A DNA stretch of 11,254 bases from Promethearchaeota archaeon (GTDB lineage Archaea > Asgardarchaeota > Thorarchaeia > Thorarchaeales > Thorarchaeaceae). The stretch spans positions 1 to 11,254 of the forward strand of contig JBHLPF010000067.1 of assembly GCA_048939765.1 (NCBI GenBank), given 5' to 3'. The translations under genes were made by a program, and so were the position numbers. Below are positions 5,881 to 11,254 of the stretch, piece by piece. Under the pieces are notes generated by a model. It did not search any database and was not told the origin of the DNA. It saw only the letters and a list, made by a program, of their open reading frames with translations. The first letter of the stretch is position 1. Every line of letters starts with the position of its first letter.

Positions 5881-8800
5881 TCAATCACTCGTGCGGTCTT
5901 CATCTTCAACATTTGGCAGTTCTTCTTCCGCATCGAGATCACTTGGTTCTTCTTCGCGTTCGCTCACTTCTTCAAAATCGAGTTTCCACATTTCCTCTAT
6001 AGCACTGCTTTCGTCAGGCTCCAAATCAACTTCGAGGTCCTTAATTTCCTCGACTGCTGGTTCCTCAACTACTTCTGTGTCATCAAGGGCTTCAACCTCT
6101 GTATCTTCGACTGTGTCATCCACAAGCTCGAGCCGTTCCAATTCTTCTTCGAAGTCGATTTCTTCGGCAGCAGTTTCCTTGGGTGGTTCTGTTATTGCTG
6201 ATTCCTTTGCTTCAGTTAGCGTATCTATTACTGTCTTGAGTTCAGCCTCTGTGAGTTGTGTCAATTCATTCAATTCGTCGATGGACAAGTTCTCTAGCCA
6301 AGCCTCTTTGAAGTGATCAATAACGAAAGCTGGAAGAGTCCGGATTAGTCTCTTCTTCTGAGCGCCTTCGTCTATTTCCTCTTCTTCTTCGATCTCATCG
6401 AACTTGATCTTCAGCGCTTCAACAATCTCAACGTGGGATTCTTTGACGTCAATGGCATCAGTTTTCTGAGCGGCTGATATCGAGTCAAGAAGTGATTCTA
6501 CCTCTTCAGGGCTTAGTTTTGCCAGCTGCTCAATGTCAGGAATATCAAGCTCTCTCAGTTCCTCTTCGAAGAACATTGATTTGACAGAGGATGGTAGCTT
6601 CTCTATCCAGTCATCCTTGCTGAGAGGCACCTTTACTCCGCTCTTATCCTTGATCTTTCGGACTTCTTCTAGCATCAAAGCTAATGCTTCATCCGCGGCA
6701 GCCTCAATGTCTGTGGCGGCAGCTATATCTAGCTCTTCGAATTCGCCAGTGCTCTCAGGCTTTGGAATCTCTCTTACAATTACTTCTTCCTCTTCCTCTT
6801 CTTCAGGTTCTGGAAGCTCGAATTCCTCCAGAGCCTCCACCATCTCCATGTCGGGCTCAGGAATGCGAACCTTCTCGAAATCGGCATCAACAATTTCTCC
6901 CAGAGTCAGTCCCAGTTCAAATAGTCCTGGTTCAAGTAAATCCAATAGACTCTGCTCAGCTGTCTTAACATCGATTTCTTCGATCTTCTCCTCCTTTTCC
7001 ATCGCATTCAGGATTGCGTTAATCTGCTTGATTTCGGGCGGCACTTCCACATAGTACCTTCGGCGGATAGCTACCGCACTTATGATGATAAGGATTACAA
7101 CGCCGCCACTTATTCCGGCTATCGTCATTGGAGTGAGCCGGGGCAGCGGTGGAGGCACAAATTCTACTGTGATTTGAGGTCCGCCTGATGATAACTGGGT
7201 GATTCCATATTGGTTTCCAGATACTGCTTCCACGTAGAATGTATATTCTCGTTCCTCGACCTTTGTAATATTGGCAGACCAAAATCCGCCAGTTACATTG
7301 TAAGACATTGTAATCTGACTATCCTCATCCCACAGAGTAACCACACCATCTGTCACTTCTATCCCATCGTATTCGTATGAAAGAGTGGCACTTATGATGA
7401 TGAATTCCTCGATAACAGGATTGGTGGAACTTGCAGATAATGAGAGAACTTGAATTCTGTCCCAGATTATCGTCACATCGCTTGTGTTAGTGATGAAGAA
7501 ATCGATACCTTCGAGAGACGCAGAAACTATTGCAAATGTTTGATCACCCACAACATCACTTGAATGAGATGCTCGCCAGAAACCGTCCAAATAGGTCAAT
7601 GGGACAGACCCTGTGGCCGTCGCTGTTATACCTGATGTGATGTCAATTCCAGCGTTGTCTAACCGCACTGACCAAAGTGAGAATCCAGATGAGCCCATAT
7701 TTATTCTTGAGTCAGCAGCAGAGGAATGATAGAATTCCAATCGATCCCAATAGACAGCCAAGTCATTACCGTATAAATCAAAATGAGTAATCCCAAAGAT
7801 AGGATCTTCACAGGTAGTCAGCGTGTCGAAATTGATCATTTGATAGGATAACCGAGTAACATTGACCTCCCAAATGCCATCAGCTAAATGAACTAGATCC
7901 TCGAACTTCAAACTGAAATTGCCGTCTTGAACCGGTGCATCATCAAAATCATAGAGAAGGTACACTTGTACTCTTGCATACTCGTTTGGATCAAGGTAGG
8001 TAACATTCGAAATTATCGAAGCGACTTCTATCTGATCCCAGATGCACCATGTTTGATCGTTAACAGAAATGGCGTCAATTCCGTGCGTGTCTCCGAAAGC
8101 TGAAGCAGCGGTGTAATATTGCCTATGGACACTTGAAAACTGGAATGTAGTATTGTCCAAGAGAATGGTCCCATCAAATGGTGCACTATCATAGCTATAT
8201 ATTGCACTAACTGTTATGCCAGTGGCATTTGTACCTACATTCGTGCGCTGATCTATCGGGTCAGTTATTGAAATTATAAGTGAATCCCAGATGATAGTTT
8301 GGTTAGTTGTACTATCTATCCAATTAGCGATGCCATAATCAGATTCTGTTGCACCACTAATTTGGTATACAATTTTCGTTGCAGTAGTACGTGTTTCTTG
8401 ATAATGCCAACGGCTGTTTGTCACATCCCATGAAAGGAGTTTAATTCCGTTGAGATACGCTGTTAATCCACTTTGAATATCAGAGCTATCATATTGATAG
8501 CGCGCACTCCACCAGACATCACCCATCTCCTTGATATTGATTCGGGAATCATCCGCTCCTGAAACATAGAACTCGATACGATCAGTGATGAATGTACTAG
8601 TAGGACTGGTAGCATAGAACAGATCAGCACTTGCAGATCCTGAACCAGCTTCAACAATCTTGAATGTGTAAGTGTTCAATCTTACTGTGGACGATGAACC
8701 AATTCCTGTTACTGATAATTCACCAATGGCATTGATACTTCCAGACCACGAACCAGAAAAGTCGTGAATCACCCAGATATCGGTTTCATTAGTTGGGGGC

Positions 8801-11254
8801 GAAAGAAGTGAGTTATAGTAAACAATAGTGCCCGATGCTTGTAGGTCGACAGTATCTAGATCACCGCGGTCATCTGATAGAGATGGCATTATGCTGTAAT
8901 CTAAACGGGTTTCAACATCCCAATTTACTTCAAACCAATCTGAATCAGAAACAGCTAACCCGTCTATCACATATTGATGCACATCGACATTTTGTAGATC
9001 AAAGTGATCCCAATCGATCTTAATGTGCCACGTAACATTTAGCAGAGCTCCAAATTCTAGAAAGGTGCTGCTTGAAGATAATTGAATATACTCAGACCCT
9101 ACTTCAATAGAGAAGGATTGAGTCGCTGCAGTATATCGAACTCGCCAAACTTCAAGAAATCTCAAATTATCCCATAATGAAAGTTCCACATAGTTGACAT
9201 CGCCAATGCCATCGTAATCCACGATTGAAGATGTGATGAAGTATAACTTGAGTCTTGAGTACAAGTTGTCAGTATCATCTGGATTCACCAATGTTGGAGC
9301 ACCATTATTGAATGGTGCAAAGTTTGCTGGGGTTGTCCATGATACTTCGACAGTATTGCTTGTGAAGACTGTGACACCATAGGCACTCTCAGAAACCACG
9401 GCCTGAATCGTGTACTGGTATGTCGTGTCGGCGTTATTGTCAATGAACTGTGATACATTGATAGAAGTGAAAGATTTCCAATATGTACCGTTACGACCTA
9501 ACTCCACAAGATAGGTCGTGCATGCAGAGTTGTCATAATCGAAGAATATGTCGAGTGTGAAGCTGACATCTGTGTAGTCAAATACTGAGGTGGAATCAGG
9601 GGTGATTGTGAAGAGTAGTCTGTCCCAGATCACGTCTTGGGACAAGCCCATGATATTGATTGCTGAGATGACATAGTTGGATTCGGAGGCTCCTGAACTG
9701 TTTACGTAGTAGTTCCACAGTCCAACCGATGATTGACTCACATCCAAATAGAACCAGCCATTTCCACCATCCCAAGTCATGAGGGAGTCATCCAGGAAGA
9801 GGCTATCTCCAGCCCCGAGTGGTGTATTATCGTACTCCAGTTCAGCAGTCACCATGATTCTGGCTGTTGCATCAGTGCTCAGCCTGTCATAATCAACTGT
9901 AGTGGTGAGGACTCTGATTCTGTCCCAGACGATGGTTGTTGATGCACCGCCCAGGTCGATGGAACTGATTCCATGAGTGTTCCCTGATGCAGATACGGAG
10001 TCATAGGTTTCATTTGTCACAATACTCCGGCTTCGGTCAGTTGACCAGATTCCGTTAGCTCCTGTATATGTAAAGGACACAGTGTTGACAATCATAGAAC
10101 CATCCGTCACATCTTCGTCATTGTATTCGTACTCAAGTGTGACATAGACGGTGATTGTACTCGCAACGTCATCACGGTTATCTGATGCAGTTATAGAGCG
10201 GACTGCAATCTGATCCCAAATCACCAGCTGAGATTGACCATTCTGGTCCACATTAGTTATTCCATAGGTGTTACCCGAAGCTGCTACAGAATTGTACAGG
10301 ATATCTCCTACAACAATCTCAGAAACGTTGATTCGCCAGACTCCACTGCCGATATATTGGGCTGCTACTAAGTTGATACTCACGGTTCCATCTGTCACGT
10401 CAGATCCATCAAAGTCATAGTTCAGTAATACATCAATAGAAACGGTGGCTCCGACATTCACTCTGTTATCAAGTACTGTGTATGACACCACTACAATTTG
10501 ATCCCAAATCACCAATTGGGACTGCCCATTCTGGTTGACCGTCGTGATTCCGTATAGATTGTTGGAGCATGCAACGGTATCAAATGTCATACCTTGGGCT
10601 GTGCTTCGCGTCTGAGAGATGCGCCAGACCCCAGCACCCTGAGGAGCGGCAGAAATCCCATTGATTGTCACATTCCCAGATGTCACTGGAAAACTGTCAA
10701 ACTCGAACACCAGAGTGACATCTATGTCAACCGAGTCATCGACGTTAACATGACTCCCCGTCACGCTGTATCCACTCACCAAAACACGATCCCAGATAAT
10801 GGTCTGAGATTGAGAGTTCTGATTTACCAATGAAATGCCATGGGTGTTGCCACTGCAACTCACTGAGTCATAGATGACACTCAATACACTGCTTCTAGAT
10901 TCACTGATACGCCATATGCCTGAACCCTGATGGGTCGCACTGACTAGATTGATAGTAACAGTTCCATTGTCGACAATGGAGTCATCAAACTCATACTCTA
11001 GAAGAACATCGATGTCTACTGAGTCTGTGACGTTTACACGACTGTCAATGACAGAATAAGAACGAACCACAATGAGATCCCAAATAATGGATACATTTGA
11101 AGCAGTCTGCGTCAAGCCGGTGAGACCGTAGCCAGATTCAGAAGCTGAGATTATGGAATATCCGACCTTCAATACAGATGCTGCAGACTCCGAGAAGTAC
11201 CATCGGCTGTTTGTTGAGTCCCAATCCAAGCTCTTAGAACCATTCAGTTCAGCA
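5881..11254 (-). CDS. Giant single-pass cell-surface protein: tandem beta-sandwich (Ig-like) repeats, TM helix and long acidic cytoplasmic tail; 5'-truncated
   Basis: The frame stays open to the window end (AELNGSKS-LDWDSTNSRW matches the internal repeat AYLNGIKLLSWDVTNSRW), so TTG 11229 is not the true start; >1790 aa. It has S/T/V/D/N-rich repeats with many NxS/T sequons, a Pro-rich stalk (VPPPLP), a TM segment MTIAGISGGVVILIIISAVAI (~7128-7067), an RRR stop-transfer and then ~390 aa of Glu/Asp-rich tail. Confidence 0.93.
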   Translation of the reverse strand, partial: AELNGSKSLDWDSTNSRWYFSESAASVLKVGYSIISASESGYGLTGLTQTASNVSIIWDLIVVRSYSVIDSRVNVTDSVDIDVLLEYEFDDSIVDNGTVTINLVSATHQGSGIWRISESRSSVLSVIYDSVSCSGNTHGISLVNQNSQSQTIIWDRVLVSGYSVTGSHVNVDDSVDIDVTLVFEFDSFPVTSGNVTINGISAAPQGAGVWRISQTRSTAQGMTFDTVACSNNLYGITTVNQNGQSQLVIWDQIVVVSYTVLDNRVNVGATVSIDVLLNYDFDGSDVTDGTVSINLVAAQYIGSGVWRINVSEIVVGDILYNSVAASGNTYGITNVDQNGQSQLVIWDQIAVRSITASDNRDDVASTITVYVTLEYEYNDEDVTDGSMIVNTVSFTYTGANGIWSTDRSRSIVTNETYDSVSASGNTHGISSIDLGGASTTIVWDRIRVLTTTVDYDRLSTDATARIMVTAELEYDNTPLGAGDSLFLDDSLMTWDGGNGWFYLDVSQSSVGLWNYYVNSSGASESNYVISAINIMGLSQDVIWDRLLFTITPDSTSVFDYTDVSFTLDIFFDYDNSACTTYLVELGRNGTYWKSFTSINVSQFIDNNADTTYQYTIQAVVSESAYGVTVFTSNTVEVSWTTPANFAPFNNGAPTLVNPDDTDNLYSRLKLYFITSSIVDYDGIGDVNYVELSLWDNLRFLEVWRVRYTAATQSFSIEVGSEYIQLSSSSTFLEFGALLNVTWHIKIDWDHFDLQNVDVHQYVIDGLAVSDSDWFEVNWDVETRLDYSIMPSLSDDRGDLDTVDLQASGTIVYYNSLLSPPTNETDIWVIHDFSGSWSGSINAIGELSVTGIGSSSTVRLNTYTFKIVEAGSGSASADLFYATSPTSTFITDRIEFYVSGADDSRINIKEMGDVWWSARYQYDSSDIQSGLTAYLNGIKLLSWDVTNSRWHYQETRTTATKIVYQISGATESDYGIANWIDSTTNQTIIWDSLIISITDPIDQRTNVGTNATGITVSAIYSYDSAPFDGTILLDNTTFQFSSVHRQYYTAASAFGDTHGIDAISVNDQTWCIWDQIEVASIISNVTYLDPNEYARVQVYLLYDFDDAPVQDGNFSLKFEDLVHLADGIWEVNVTRLSYQMINFDTLTTCEDPIFGITHFDLYGNDLAVYWDRLEFYHSSAADSRINMGSSGFSLWSVRLDNAGIDITSGITATATGSVPLTYLDGFWRASHSSDVVGDQTFAIVSASLEGIDFFITNTSDVTIIWDRIQVLSLSASSTNPVIEEFIIISATLSYEYDGIEVTDGVVTLWDEDSQITMSYNVTGGFWSANITKVEEREYTFYVEAVSGNQYGITQLSSGGPQITVEFVPPPLPRLTPMTIAGISGGVVILIIISAVAIRRRYYVEVPPEIKQINAILNAMEKEEKIEEIDVKTAEQSLLDLLEPGLFELGLTLGEIVDADFEKVRIPEPDMEMVEALEEFELPEPEEEEEEEVIVREIPKPESTGEFEELDIAAATDIEAAADEALALMLEEVRKIKDKSGVKVPLSKDDWIEKLPSSVKSMFFEEELRELDIPDIEQLAKLSPEEVESLLDSISAAQKTDAIDVKESHVEIVEALKIKFDEIEEEEEIDEGAQKKRLIRTLPAFVIDHFKEAWLENLSIDELNELTQLTEAELKTVIDTLTEAKESAITEPPKETAAEEIDFEEELERLELVDDTVEDTEVEALDDTEVVEEPAVEEIKDLEVDLEPDESSAIEEMWKLDFEEVSEREEEPSDLDAEEELPNVEDEDRTSD
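7150..11254 (-). repeat. Array of ~13-14 beta-rich domains, mostly ~96-aa repeats delimited by [IVY]WD
   Basis: WD codons occur at 11077, 10789, 10501, 10213 (exact 288-nt period), 9922 and 9622, then 8581 (ITD variant), 8284, 8035, 7744 and 7459. Recurrent motifs are D-x-R-x-N-V, L-x-Y-[ED]-[YF]-D, V-T-D-G, G-x-W and GNT[HY]GI. Confidence 0.9.

Noticed and set aside
5778-7054. Plus-strand ORFs, including the Ser-rich 141-aa and 173-aa ones
   Set aside because: Antisense shadows of the Glu-rich tail of the giant gene; low complexity and no independent coding evidence.
7459-11082. WD dipeptides suggesting WD40 repeats
   Set aside because: The period is ~96 aa rather than ~40, there is no GH motif and the composition is extracellular, so this is not a WD40 propeller.
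11227-11229. TTG start of the 1782-aa ORF
   Set aside because: The frame is open to the window edge and the position is mid-repeat with no signal peptide, so the gene begins outside the window.
1-11254. tRNA, rRNA or CRISPR arrays
   Set aside because: Intergenic gaps are at most 169 nt and show no cloverleaf or repeat-spacer pattern.

Overview
Gene-dense window with all eight genes on the minus strand. It is most likely from an Asgard archaeon (Thorarchaeia-like; inferred from gene content and a GGGGTGA ribosome-binding site, not from a search). In transcription order: (1) a 5'-truncated giant single-pass surface protein with ~96-aa 'IWD' beta-sandwich repeats and a ~390-aa acidic cytoplasmic tail; (2) an SCP2/archaeal-type thiolase-fold protein whose catalytic Cys is replaced by Pro; (3) a tightly coupled cassette of a uDENN/NPRL2-like longin + tandem winged-helix protein, a longin-Arf-like small GTPase fusion and a small MG-basic coiled-coil protein, followed by a small winged-helix-like protein; (4) a DUF35 Zn-ribbon/OB-fold thiolase partner; (5) a 3'-truncated acyl-CoA dehydrogenase with the IVD/LCAD-type catalytic arrangement, missed by the ORF track. 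The most notable feature is the longin/longin-GTPase cassette. It resembles a minimal GATOR1/FLCN/SMCR8-like GTPase switch and sits between a thiolase and its usual DUF35 partner. No RNA genes, CRISPR arrays or mobile elements were seen.
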